Assembly: GCA_050250375.1 (NCBI GenBank) | Contig: JBFWOS010000001.1 | Location: 894,361-958,360 of the forward strand | Reading direction: 5' to 3' | Length of the DNA stretch: 64,000 nucleotides | Source of the DNA: Candidatus Omnitrophota bacterium | GTDB taxonomy: Bacteria; Omnitrophota; Gorgyraeia; Zapsychrales; Zapsychraceae | Shown: piece by piece, positions 47,965 through 57,681 of the stretch | Layout: the number at the start of each line of letters is the position of its first letter | Position numbering within the stretch: position 1 is the first letter of the stretch | Notes under the pieces: model-generated | What the model was told of the DNA's origin: nothing | The model's input: only the letters and a program-made list of their open reading frames with translations | The model's database searches: none | Position numbers and translations under genes: made by a program

Positions 47965-48484
47965 GTTTAACGCCTTTGAGATAAATATCCACGTTCAAAC
48001 TGGCCTTGACCGTCGGTTGTATTGTTTCATCTCTGACAATATCAAAACTGCGCACCCGTACGGCCCCCCTTTCCAGATGGTTCAACGCGTCCAGAAATTC
48101 ACCCAGATTAGAATAATCCGACTGTATGTTGAGGTCCAGGGATTGATAAGGAAATTTAACCCGCTTTCTGTCGGTTTTTTCATCAAGACTGATCGTAATG
48201 AATGTTATGCCGTTTTCTTCTCCCAGCCGCATGATTTCATGGATGACCCCGGTGACTTCTTCCTTTGTCACCGGAGCGCCGGCCATTAATTCATTTTTTG
48301 TTTCGTGAAGGACTCCCCTGACCAGGGCCATATCATTTTTAATCCGGAATGTTTCTTGTTCGAGAAGGATAATTTCCTTTTCCTTGGGACGATAGACAAA
48401 GACGAACAATAAAAATAAGGCGCACAGAAAAACGGTCATGGCCGCAACTTTTAATAAACTTTGTTCCCCGTTGAATAATTTCAT
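47951..48484 (-). CDS. pilO: PilO/GspM-like protein
   Basis: TM, coiled coil, DYSNLGEFLDAL ferredoxin-like segment; position after pilM/N. Confidence 0.75.
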   Translation of the reverse strand: MKLFNGEQSLLKVAAMTVFLCALFLLFVFVYRPKEKEIILLEQETFRIKNDMALVRGVLHETKNELMAGAPVTKEEVTGVIHEIMRLGEENGITFITISLDEKTDRKRVKFPYQSLDLNIQSDYSNLGEFLDALNHLERGAVRVRSFDIVRDETIQPTVKASLNVDIYLKGVKRGKK

Positions 48485-50124
48485 TCTGATTCTCCGGTCG
48501 ACACATCGCAGATGATCTCAAACTGGGCCAAATTGATATCATCCGTGTCTTTCTTCGCTTCAACCAGCCCGACATTCGGGCAAATCCCGTCCTGCAGATT
48601 CCGCATGAACTCAGACAACGCGGCCCCGCTGTCCTGCCCTTCTTCCGGCGTAATATATCCTTTCAGCCTGACCTGATGATCGGCCATACTCATCTGATGC
48701 AAATACATCCGGGGCAAAACCTGATGGCTTAACCCTCTTAAGAATGCTCCCCAGGATGGACGCTGGGCCAGGTGCTTGGAAAAAATCAGTTCTTCCTTGA
48801 ACCTCTTCATTTCCGGAACAAGGCGCTGATAGTCCCTTGTTACGGTCATATGGTTTTTTCTGGATTTATTTAACCGCCATGAAACGTTCACCAGCATAAA
48901 AATGACTAAAGAAAAAACACACAGCACGCTGACCGCCGTGAATATTTTTCCCGGCAGGCCCCCTTGCGTCTGGCGTGCCTTGTTCGGAAGAAAATTGATG
49001 TCATCCGGACCATGCAGGACAGCGCCAATCGCGAGGTCTAACCGGTGCGAAGGGCTTTTTTTAATATCTGACGTGATCCCTGACAGACCGGGCACATTGT
49101 CGACGATTTCCTCTACACGGATGTCAACATCCAGCTCCTGGGATAAATGCTGTTCAAGGCCTTTCATCCGGGCCAGTCCGCCCCGCAGGATTACTTTATG
49201 GATTCGTTCTCCCCGCTCCCCCTGATAAAATTCGAGCGAGCGGTCAATTTCATTCACCAGCAATTCAAGTTTAGGCCGCATCATGGATAACAGCTGGTTC
49301 GGCGTAATTCTCTCTTCGGCCCAGGAAACCTGGCCGACCTCGGGGATGCCATATTTAATTTTCATCTGTTCGGCTTCCCCAAACGTCAACTCCACCTTGC
49401 CCTTGGGGGTAACCAGGGCTTTGGTCAGACTGAGCGTGATATCGTTTCCGCAGAAAGGAAGCTTGCGGGAAAATTCAATCTTTCCATTTTTATAAACGTT
49501 AAACTCCGTGATCGTCCGTTCCATTTCAATAACGGCAAAAATTCCGGCGGAGGCACCGACGGAATTCATAAATATATTTTCCAGGGCTAATGAAGAAGGA
49601 ATAACCGCTGTCAACCGGCAGTCCGCCAAATAACCGCGATGACCGTCAGAGGAATTAAAAAAGGCGTTAATCAGGTTAATATTTTCCCGGGTGGTCGTGG
49701 CCGCTAATACATTGAGCTTGAGGTGTTCTCCATCCATACTCTTATCCAGGACTTTATAATCCATCACGGCTTCATCAAGAGAAAACGGAAACTGGTTCTT
49801 GGCCCCCCAACGGACCGCCTGGGCCAGTTCTTCTTCCGGCATGACCGGCAGGCGAATCTTGGCCACGGATGTCCTCGGGCAATTGACCACACAGATCACA
49901 TCCGCATTTTTCTCCGTGACGCCTTTAAAAACTTCTTTCAGTCCTTTTATGACATTGACTTTATAATCGATCTTTTCGATGTCCGTCATCTCTGCGCACG
50001 CGCTATAAACCAAATGCAGATTGTCTTTTTCTGAAACAAACTGGACCAGCTTGATTGAACCGGATCCGATGCTGACACCGATCAATGACCGGTTCTTTTT
50101 ATTTATAAATTTTCTCTTTTCCAT
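48481..50124 (-). CDS. pilM: PilM-PilN fusion protein
   Basis: Actin-like IGVSIGSGSIK, QFPFSLDEAVMDY, EIDRSLEFY, LRGGLA; then PilN INFLP, TM and C-domain in the same frame. Confidence 0.85.
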   Translation of the reverse strand: MEKRKFINKKNRSLIGVSIGSGSIKLVQFVSEKDNLHLVYSACAEMTDIEKIDYKVNVIKGLKEVFKGVTEKNADVICVVNCPRTSVAKIRLPVMPEEELAQAVRWGAKNQFPFSLDEAVMDYKVLDKSMDGEHLKLNVLAATTTRENINLINAFFNSSDGHRGYLADCRLTAVIPSSLALENIFMNSVGASAGIFAVIEMERTITEFNVYKNGKIEFSRKLPFCGNDITLSLTKALVTPKGKVELTFGEAEQMKIKYGIPEVGQVSWAEERITPNQLLSMMRPKLELLVNEIDRSLEFYQGERGERIHKVILRGGLARMKGLEQHLSQELDVDIRVEEIVDNVPGLSGITSDIKKSPSHRLDLAIGAVLHGPDDINFLPNKARQTQGGLPGKIFTAVSVLCVFSLVIFMLVNVSWRLNKSRKNHMTVTRDYQRLVPEMKRFKEELIFSKHLAQRPSWGAFLRGLSHQVLPRMYLHQMSMADHQVRLKGYITPEEGQDSGAALSEFMRNLQDGICPNVGLVEAKKDTDDINLAQFEIICDVSTGESE

Positions 50125-50128
50125 CTCT

Positions 50129-50602
50129 TTAACCTTGTAACTCTTTCCAGGAGCCGCCCACCGAACTGACAATATTAGGCGGTCCCGCCGTCAGCGAAAC
50201 TTCCTGCTGAATTTCTCTTTCGGAATTATGGCTTACTCCTCTGGCCGTGATCAGAATATTTGCCCCTGAAGTTTCAACCCAGACCGTGTACCGGCCGTCT
50301 CCCAGTGTTTCTTCTTGAGGATCGTTCGAACCGGGCCCGGGATCAGCCGGATAAGCCGACGTCCGCCAGCTCCCGTCCGTCGAACCGTCGGGGGCCGTTG
50401 TTTGCAGGTACCAGACCGCCTTATTCAGCCCGGCCTCGGCAAAATAAAATGCCCTGACCGTATCTGTCTGGGCATCCAGCAATTTTGTATTGCTCATCAC
50501 CAGGCTTATATAAGCCGAAGCGACCACCGTCAGAAAAACCATAAAAATCAGCGTCAGCAGCATGGTTGCCGCCCGCTTGCGTGATAGTCTGTATAATTTC
50601 AT
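50129..50602 (-). CDS. PilX-like minor pilin
   Basis: RKRA|ATMLLTL, AFYFAEAGL, SWKEL. Confidence 0.8.
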   Translation of the reverse strand: MKLYRLSRKRAATMLLTLIFMVFLTVVASAYISLVMSNTKLLDAQTDTVRAFYFAEAGLNKAVWYLQTTAPDGSTDGSWRTSAYPADPGPGSNDPQEETLGDGRYTVWVETSGANILITARGVSHNSEREIQQEVSLTAGPPNIVSSVGGSWKELQG

Positions 50603-51117
50603 TATAAATTTCTCGGCCTCACATTAGTCCGCATTCTTACCGTTGAGTCATTCCGGCTTAAGGTCCAATCCAAAGTAATTAAATTATTGTTCCGGTCAAA
50701 AGGAAAATTAACCGGAGATATTAAATTTCTGACAAGGACTTTTCCGGCCCCGTAACTGAGATCTCCCTCGGCAAACTTAATCTGATAATTGTCTTCTGAA
50801 TAAGGTGGATTTGGTTCAGGGTCGTCCGGGCTGTACAGATAAACCCTGAAATTCACATCGCCGCTTCCCATGTCCGCGGTAAAGGAAAGGCTGCTTTCTG
50901 AAATATCATCAATGCTCTTTGCCTGGACAAGATAACGCGTAACCTGATCAATCGCCTGGGCCGCGTCTGTCCTGTTTGAAATCCGGTCGTAACCGTTTTC
51001 AAAGATACTTGTTCCGGTCGTATAAATCAAACCGATCGTAAAAATCAGAACCCCGGTAACCAGGACGCTCATGATCAGCTCGGTAATCGTAAATCCATGC
51101 TGGGTCGATATCCTCAT
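50602..51117 (-). CDS. PilW-like minor pilin
   Basis: Class III signal G|FTITEL. Confidence 0.82.
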   Translation of the reverse strand: MRISTQHGFTITELIMSVLVTGVLIFTIGLIYTTGTSIFENGYDRISNRTDAAQAIDQVTRYLVQAKSIDDISESSLSFTADMGSGDVNFRVYLYSPDDPEPNPPYSEDNYQIKFAEGDLSYGAGKVLVRNLISPVNFPFDRNNNLITLDWTLSRNDSTVRMRTNVRPRNL

Positions 51118-51138
51118 AACTTTCCTCGCCGGGGCTAT

Positions 51139-51522
51139 TTAATAATCATAATCCGCCAACAACGTGACCAGTTCTACATTATGATCGACCCCTTTATCTG
51201 TCCAGTACACCTTCACATTAACCTGCTTGGGATCACCGGCAACGGTCACTTCCCGGTCAAAATCGCTAAAATCGCCCCCTACATTGGTCCGGGCCGCAGA
51301 CATTGAATCAATATCCGCATATGATCCCGCATCCTTGATTTCCTCCATCGCTTCCTGACCTAAACTGATGGCTATCGCCGTATATTCATTGTCTGAATCC
51401 AGCGTCGTTGTCATGCTGAACAGACTGAACACGGCGGTCACTCCGGTTGCCAACAGAACCATCGTGATCATCGCCTCCAGGAGGGTGAAACCTTTTCGGT
51501 CACTACGACTCAATCTGTTCAT
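51139..51522 (-). CDS. PilV-like minor pilin
   Basis: G|FTLLEAM, AISLGQEAMEEIK, KQVNVKVYW. Confidence 0.82.
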   Translation of the reverse strand: MNRLSRSDRKGFTLLEAMITMVLLATGVTAVFSLFSMTTTLDSDNEYTAIAISLGQEAMEEIKDAGSYADIDSMSAARTNVGGDFSDFDREVTVAGDPKQVNVKVYWTDKGVDHNVELVTLLADYDY

Positions 51523-51544
51523 CGGATCAAAACACTTTCCTGTC

Positions 51545-51994
51545 TTACCATCCCAATCCATTGGTGACAAAAGGATCATCGGCCTGATCCCCTAATAGCT
51601 GGCCCGTTTCGTCTTCGATACCCGTGATGTCATAGACCCGGTTGACCCCGGCGCTGAATATGACATAAAATTGTTCGTCATCCGACAAAATGTAGTTGTA
51701 CTCCTGCTGCGGTAAAAACGGATCATAAAGGATTTCGTTAACGATCTTCGGAGTCGCGTCCAGAAGCTGGTCCGCGATGACTGAATCCGAAGTGTTCGGG
51801 TACTCTTTGGGAACCTGGTTCACATAAAAAGATTCAATCGCGGCCTGGACTGTCCTGAGTTCCATCTGGGCCTTTGAAACATTGGCCTGGTCCTGCATCC
51901 CCTTAAACCTTGGAATCGCAATCCCGATTAAAATGGAAATGACAACCATGACCACCATAAGTTCAATCAGCGTAAAACCTTTTTTGTTCTTCAT
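51545..51994 (-). CDS. GspG/PilA-like major (pseudo)pilin
   Basis: MKNKKG|FTLIELMVV...AIPRF, DPF, FSAGVN. Confidence 0.9.
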   Translation of the reverse strand: MKNKKGFTLIELMVVMVVISILIGIAIPRFKGMQDQANVSKAQMELRTVQAAIESFYVNQVPKEYPNTSDSVIADQLLDATPKIVNEILYDPFLPQQEYNYILSDDEQFYVIFSAGVNRVYDITGIEDETGQLLGDQADDPFVTNGLGW

Positions 51995-52024
51995 ACTTCC
52001 CCCCGGATTTTGTTAATAAACATT

Positions 52025-53239
52025 TTATCTTTGTATCGTCTTGACCATATCAAACAAGGGCAGCAACATTGATGCCATAATAAAACCGGCAAGGCCGCCC
52101 ATAATAATGATGAGAACCGGCTCTATCAGCGTCAGCAGCCGCCGGATCGAATGTTCAATCGATTTATCGTAAAAATCAGCGATCTTGTCCAGCATGTCAT
52201 GCAGCCGGCCGGTCTGTTCTCCGACGGCGATCATCTGGGTGACATCCGGCGGGAACCGTCCGCTTTTAACCAACGGTTCTGTGACCGTGGCCCCTTCTTC
52301 TACACTTTTGCGGGTGTCGTTCACCACTTTGGCCATGACGACATTCCCGATGGTGTCCCGCGTGATGCTGAGCGCATAAAGCATTGAAACCCCGCTTTTC
52401 AAAAGCGTGGCCAGCGTACGGCAAAAGCGGGCGATCACCGTCTTGTAAATAAGATCACCGATGACGGGAATTCTAAGCTTGAGATCGTCAAATTGCGCTC
52501 TTCCTTGTTTCGTTTCGATATAAAATTTGACCAGCCCGACAACAAAAGAGACCACCAAAATCAAAAGAAACCAATACTTCCGAATTCCCACCCCGAGAGA
52601 ATGCAGGATGAGTGTGGGTAAAGGTATAGTTACATCAGCCCTTGTGAATATTTCCATAAACTTTGGTATTACAAAACTTATGATAATTATTATGACCGCA
52701 ATGCTGACAAAAAGCAATATGGACGGATAAAATATTGCATTCTTTATTTTTTGCCGGATGTCCTCTTCGTGTTCGATATAAATCGCGTAACGATTGAGGG
52801 TCGGGCTTAATGTCCCGCTGACCTCGCCGCTTTTAACCATATTAATGAACAGAGCGGAAAAAACCCGCGGAAACTTCGCCATGGATTCCGATAAAGAGGT
52901 CCCCGACGCAATCAATTCACTGACATCATGGATTACTTTCTTGAAACCGGTATTTTTAATCTGCCGGTTCAACGTCTTCAGGCTGGTCAATATCGGCACT
53001 CCCGCTTCCAGCATATTCGCCAGCTGGATGCTGAAAAATATCATCTCCAGGGTTTTGACCTTTTTTACAACCCCGCCGGGATTGACGGCACCGTTTCCAT
53101 TCTCGGCCTCCTGAATAAACGTCGGGACATATCCCATGGTGTGTAATCGTTTGGCCAGGGCATCCTGCGTAGGGGCTTCCATCGTTCCCCGGATCAGGTT
53201 TCCGTTATCTTCTCTCGCTTTATAAAGGTATGTGGGCAT
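52025..53239 (-). CDS. pilC: PilC/GspF platform protein
   Basis: MPTYLYKA, GEVSGTL, AIFYP, VGEQTG, LIEP. Confidence 0.93.
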   Translation of the reverse strand: MPTYLYKAREDNGNLIRGTMEAPTQDALAKRLHTMGYVPTFIQEAENGNGAVNPGGVVKKVKTLEMIFFSIQLANMLEAGVPILTSLKTLNRQIKNTGFKKVIHDVSELIASGTSLSESMAKFPRVFSALFINMVKSGEVSGTLSPTLNRYAIYIEHEEDIRQKIKNAIFYPSILLFVSIAVIIIIISFVIPKFMEIFTRADVTIPLPTLILHSLGVGIRKYWFLLILVVSFVVGLVKFYIETKQGRAQFDDLKLRIPVIGDLIYKTVIARFCRTLATLLKSGVSMLYALSITRDTIGNVVMAKVVNDTRKSVEEGATVTEPLVKSGRFPPDVTQMIAVGEQTGRLHDMLDKIADFYDKSIEHSIRRLLTLIEPVLIIIMGGLAGFIMASMLLPLFDMVKTIQR

Positions 53240-53242
53240 GTC

Positions 53243-54859
53243 TTATGCTTCCTCTTGCGTAACCCGCAAAATTTCTTCTCGGGTCGTGATTCCCTGGTCG
53301 ACTTTTTTCATCCCGTCTTCACGCAGCGTAATCATCCCGGAATTAACCGCTTCCTGATTTATATCTTCCGATGAGGCCTTCTTGATGATTAACTGACGCA
53401 ACGGATCAGTAACGCGCATCAGCTCATAAATGCCTGTCCTGGTTTTATAACCGGATTGATGACATTTGGGACATCCCTTTCCGGAACAATCCTGACAAAT
53501 CCGGCGGACCAGCCGCTGGGCGAGCACGCCCGTCAGCGATGATGAAATCAAAAAAGGCTCAATGCCCATATCGATCAACCGGGCAACGGCCCCGGCCGCG
53601 TTATTGGTATGCAGGGTGGCCAAAACCAGATGTCCGGTCAGCGCCGCCTGCACGGCAATCTCGGCCGTTTCCAGATCCCTAATTTCCCCGACCATGATGA
53701 TGTCCGGATCCTGCCTGAGGATAGAACGCAGGCCGGTGGCGAATGTCAGGTCAACGCTCGGGTTGATCTGGATCTGACGGATTCCCTTTAATCTATATTC
53801 GACCGGGTCTTCAATGGTGACAATATTTTTCTCCGGGGTATTGATCTCGTTCAATGAGGCGTACAAAGTCGTCGTTTTACCGCTTCCCGTCGGACCGGTG
53901 ACCAGGATAATCCCGTTTGGCTGGTACAATAATTTAATATATTTTTCGAGAACCTCTTTCTGAAATCCGGTCTCTTTTAAATGTAAAAGCATGCTCCCCT
54001 GATCGAGAAGACGCATCACGATATTTTCCCCGTAAATGGTCGGCATGCAGGAAACACGGATATCAATCTGACGGCGCCCTATCTGTAACTGGAAACGGCC
54101 GTCCTGGGGTTTACGCCTCTCGGCAATATTCATATTAGACAAAATTTTTATGCGGGAAATAATCGCCGACTGCAGGTGCCGGGGAAAATCACTCTGTTCA
54201 CTTAAAACACCGTCGACCCGATAACGGACTTTCAGGGCGTCTTCATCCGGCTCAATATGGATATCCGACACCCCTTCGGAAACAGCCTGCATAATGGTCA
54301 TGTTGACCAGTTTAATCACCGGCGGTTCTTCACCGATATTTTTAAGCTGGTCCGCTTCCAAGTCGTCCTCTCTGAACAAGGGCTTTTGCTCTTCCAGACT
54401 CCGGATGACTTCCTGCATCGTGCCTTTCACCGTATAATGTTCATCAATCGCCTTTTGAATCTCTTTCTCCGTCGCGATGGCCTGTTCCACCGTCAGCCCG
54501 GTCCTGAGCATGACCTCATCAAGGGCCAATAGATTAAAAACATCCGCCATCACGCAGGTCAGCGTACTGCCGATTTTTAAAACCGGGATGATCTGGTGTT
54601 TCCGGGCCAGATCTTCCGGGACGAGTTCGATCAGTTTCGGATCGATCAAGTGGCTGTTAAGATCAATCCGCGGAATGCTCATTTGTTCCGCCAGAAAATT
54701 CACCATATCCTCTTCTGACACAAACCCCGTCTTGATCAGCGATTTACGGACCGATTCACCGGACTTCACGGCACTCTGGACCTTCATCCATTGATCATCC
54801 GTGATGATGTTATGCTCCAGGAGCATTTCCCCGAGCGATTTTTTAATTTTTCTGGACAC
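53243..54859 (-). CDS. pilB: PilB/GspE assembly ATPase
   Basis: LGEMLL N-terminal motif, SDIHIEP, GPTGSGKTT, TIEDPVEY, LRQDPD, TGHLVLATLHTN. Confidence 0.95.
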   Translation of the reverse strand: MSRKIKKSLGEMLLEHNIITDDQWMKVQSAVKSGESVRKSLIKTGFVSEEDMVNFLAEQMSIPRIDLNSHLIDPKLIELVPEDLARKHQIIPVLKIGSTLTCVMADVFNLLALDEVMLRTGLTVEQAIATEKEIQKAIDEHYTVKGTMQEVIRSLEEQKPLFREDDLEADQLKNIGEEPPVIKLVNMTIMQAVSEGVSDIHIEPDEDALKVRYRVDGVLSEQSDFPRHLQSAIISRIKILSNMNIAERRKPQDGRFQLQIGRRQIDIRVSCMPTIYGENIVMRLLDQGSMLLHLKETGFQKEVLEKYIKLLYQPNGIILVTGPTGSGKTTTLYASLNEINTPEKNIVTIEDPVEYRLKGIRQIQINPSVDLTFATGLRSILRQDPDIIMVGEIRDLETAEIAVQAALTGHLVLATLHTNNAAGAVARLIDMGIEPFLISSSLTGVLAQRLVRRICQDCSGKGCPKCHQSGYKTRTGIYELMRVTDPLRQLIIKKASSEDINQEAVNSGMITLREDGMKKVDQGITTREEILRVTQEEA

Positions 54860-54874
54860 GGTTCACCCTTTGTT

Positions 54875-55249
54875 TCAATTCTTTACGGTTAACCCTTTGA
54901 TTTTTTCCAACAGATCTTCAAAATCGATGAGCTTGTTCACGTAATCATCAAATCCCACTTCCCTGGCCATGGTTGTATCGATCTCGTCCTGTGAACGGGC
55001 CGTAAACATGACAATGGGAATTTTCTGAAACCGGCTGTCCGCCTTCAGCAGGGCGCACACCTTGAACCCGTTCATCTTCGGCATCATCTCATCCATGATA
55101 ATAATATCGGGAACCACTTCTTTCGCTTTGGTCAATCCTTCCTGCCCGTCGAAAGCAAGGGACACATCAAATCCGGCCTTCTGAAACCTGATGGCCAGCG
55201 TCTCGGAAATATCGCTCTCATCATCGACAATCAAAATTTTTTGGGGCAT
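54875..55249 (-). CDS. Single-domain response regulator (PilH-like)
   Basis: ILIVDD, IIMDEMMPKMNG, IVMFTA. Confidence 0.9.
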   Translation of the reverse strand: MPQKILIVDDESDISETLAIRFQKAGFDVSLAFDGQEGLTKAKEVVPDIIIMDEMMPKMNGFKVCALLKADSRFQKIPIVMFTARSQDEIDTTMAREVGFDDYVNKLIDFEDLLEKIKGLTVKN

Positions 55250-55271
55250 GTTTGGCTCCTGTATTTTATAA

Positions 55272-56105
55272 TCATTGTCCGTCCGGCTTCCCGGAATTAT
55301 TATTTTGCCGGTCTTTATTTTTATCTTTCTCCCGTTTCAACAACATGGTCACTTCTTCCAGCAATAACTTTGGGTCATTGGCGTTGATATATCCGTCCGC
55401 CTGGGTTTTATTTTGTATCTTCTCAAAAATGGGAATATTTTCGGCCTCTCCGTTTGGAAAATATAAGAAAAACTTTACAAACTTCAACCGCGGCATTTTC
55501 TTTAACTTAAGGATGACTTCATCCCCGCCCAAATCAGGCAGGGTCATCTTGACAACAACGGCATCGGGTAAGTTGGTCATCACCTTTTCAATGGCCTTCC
55601 CTCCGTTCGGCGCCAATGAAACAATGTGTCCGTCGTTCAGGAAAGCCATGCTGATCTGGCCCCCGGACAACGGATCGTCTTCAACTATCAATATATTGTG
55701 CGGGGGTATCGTTTCTTTCTTAAACTCATCAAAATCTTTGTTCGTAATGACCTTGATTTCCCTCAACAACTCGTCAAATTCATATGGTTTGTTCATAAAT
55801 CCGTCAACGTATAGCTGCCGGAATAACCCTTCCATATTCGCCCTGGCCGTCAGGACTAAAATCGGATATTTTGGTTTGTCATTGGCCTCCAAGATCTTTT
55901 CGTAAAATTCGATCCCGCCCATGACCGGCATGTTAATATCCAAGATGATCAAATCGGGGATAAAATGCTCCAATTTTTCTAATCCTTCCAGCCCGTTACA
56001 AGCCGTCTCCACGCTGTATCCGGCTTTCCTGATTCTGTAAGCCGCCATCTCGGTCAGATCGGCCTCATCATCAATGATTAATATTTTCTTTTGGGGGTCA
56101 CTCAT
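55272..56105 (-). CDS. Tandem receiver protein (REC plus pseudo-REC)
   Basis: First REC has ILDINMP; the second has VVVKMTLP (Lys at the phospho-Asp position). Confidence 0.85.
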   Translation of the reverse strand: MSDPQKKILIIDDEADLTEMAAYRIRKAGYSVETACNGLEGLEKLEHFIPDLIILDINMPVMGGIEFYEKILEANDKPKYPILVLTARANMEGLFRQLYVDGFMNKPYEFDELLREIKVITNKDFDEFKKETIPPHNILIVEDDPLSGGQISMAFLNDGHIVSLAPNGGKAIEKVMTNLPDAVVVKMTLPDLGGDEVILKLKKMPRLKFVKFFLYFPNGEAENIPIFEKIQNKTQADGYINANDPKLLLEEVTMLLKREKDKNKDRQNNNSGKPDGQ

Positions 56106-56126
56106 TGTTCATTACTCCCTGGACAA

Positions 56127-56516
56127 TTAAATCTGAAATAATTTTTCCGTCGCCGATTTCACTCTTTTCAACAAATCTTCCAGTTCAAAAGGTTTGGTAA
56201 TATATCCTTCAATGCTCAGTCCGCTTAAGACATTATCCAGGTAAGCCCTGGCCGTCAGAATCAGCACTGGAAATTTTGGTTTTTTGTTTTCATCCAGGAT
56301 ATGCTGATAAAATTCCAGGCCGCCCATGACCGGCATATTCAAATCCAGAATGATCAGGTGCGGCGTAAATGTCTGCAGTTTATCCAAACCCTCCTGGCCG
56401 TTTGAGGCCAGTTCAACCTTGAAGCCTTTGGCCTTAAGCTGGTACGCCGTCATTTCCGCCAAATCAATCTCATCGTCAATGAGCAAAATATTGATTTCTT
56501 TATCATTTTGTGTCAT
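56127..56516 (-). CDS. Single-domain response regulator
   Basis: Start MTQNDKEINILLIDD; ILDLNMP; TKPF. Confidence 0.9.
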   Translation of the reverse strand: MTQNDKEINILLIDDEIDLAEMTAYQLKAKGFKVELASNGQEGLDKLQTFTPHLIILDLNMPVMGGLEFYQHILDENKKPKFPVLILTARAYLDNVLSGLSIEGYITKPFELEDLLKRVKSATEKLFQI

Positions 56517-57681
56517 GCGTAGTTCCCCCATTGCTGCCTGAGATCGGCACCCAAAAACAGAACCGGCTGCCCTTGGTGATTTCCGACTCAACCCAGATCT
56601 TTCCTTTATGCTGGTGGATGATCTCTTTGCAGATGGCCAGTCCCAGGCCCGTTCCGCCCTTCTCGCATTTCGCGGCATCTTCCAGCTGCTGGAATTTTTC
56701 AAAAAGTTTGGGGATATCCGATTTCTCAATACCCGGTCCTGTGTCTTCAACAATGACTTCCAGTTTATGGTCATGATTAACCGCCCGGATGACAATCCCT
56801 CCTGTTTTTGTAAACTTGATGGCGTTGTTCACGAGATTATTTAAGACCTGGCTGATACGGTCTGTATCAAAAACCGCTTCCGGCACATTCGGGTCTATCT
56901 CTGACTTCAAGAATAAATTTTCTTTCTGGGCGGCGGGGCTGTTCACCTGAATGACTTCCTGGACCAATTTATTCACGTCGTTTGGCTGCGGTTTCATTTC
57001 AATCCGGCCTGATTCCAGTTTGGACAGGTCGAGGATATCATTGATCAGCCGCTTTAACCGGTCAACATTGACTTTGGCTTTGTTTAAAAAATTATTCTGG
57101 TCCGCGCTTAAGGTCCCGGACGTTTCGCTCATGACGATATCAATCGCGGCCTTGATGGAGGCCAAGGGTGTACGCAGCTCATGCGAAACAACGGAAGTGA
57201 ATTCACGCTGTTTCTCAAACATGGCGGATAACTTCATGTTTAACCCTTCGAGCTCTTTATTCTTTTTCTCGGTGATTTCAATCAGGTCTTTATTTTCGAT
57301 CATCAAATTATAATGATTGATCGCTTCCTGGACAGATGTCTTGAGGTCAGGACCGTTCCAGGGCTTGTTGATAAAACGATAGACTTCCCCGATATTGATC
57401 GCGTCCTCGGCCGCCTGAAGATCGGTGTATCCGGTAAATAAGATGCGCATAATGTCCGGATTTTTCGCTTTGACCTTCGTCAAAAACTCGACACCGGTTA
57501 TATGCGGCATCCGCTGGTCGCTGATCACGACTTTGATTTTTTCCCGGCCAATGATATCCAGGGCTTCCTCAGCGTTTGTTGTCACGACGACCCCGTAAGA
57601 TTCGCTGATAAAAAGCCGTTTCAGCGAATTCAATATGTTTTCTTCATCATCCAGAAACAAGACATTTATTTCTTTACTCAT
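56503..57681 (-). CDS. Hybrid REC-HisKA-HATPase kinase
   Basis: ISDQRMP, VSHELRTPL, NAIKFT, GTGLGL. Confidence 0.93.
   Translation of the reverse strand: MSKEINVLFLDDEENILNSLKRLFISESYGVVVTTNAEEALDIIGREKIKVVISDQRMPHITGVEFLTKVKAKNPDIMRILFTGYTDLQAAEDAINIGEVYRFINKPWNGPDLKTSVQEAINHYNLMIENKDLIEITEKKNKELEGLNMKLSAMFEKQREFTSVVSHELRTPLASIKAAIDIVMSETSGTLSADQNNFLNKAKVNVDRLKRLINDILDLSKLESGRIEMKPQPNDVNKLVQEVIQVNSPAAQKENLFLKSEIDPNVPEAVFDTDRISQVLNNLVNNAIKFTKTGGIVIRAVNHDHKLEVIVEDTGPGIEKSDIPKLFEKFQQLEDAAKCEKGGTGLGLAICKEIIHQHKGKIWVESEITKGSRFCFWVPISGSNGGTTHDTK

Noticed and set aside
56517-56795. N-terminal extension of ORF 56127-56795
   Set aside because: Alternative frame inside the upstream kinase; the receiver begins at 56516.
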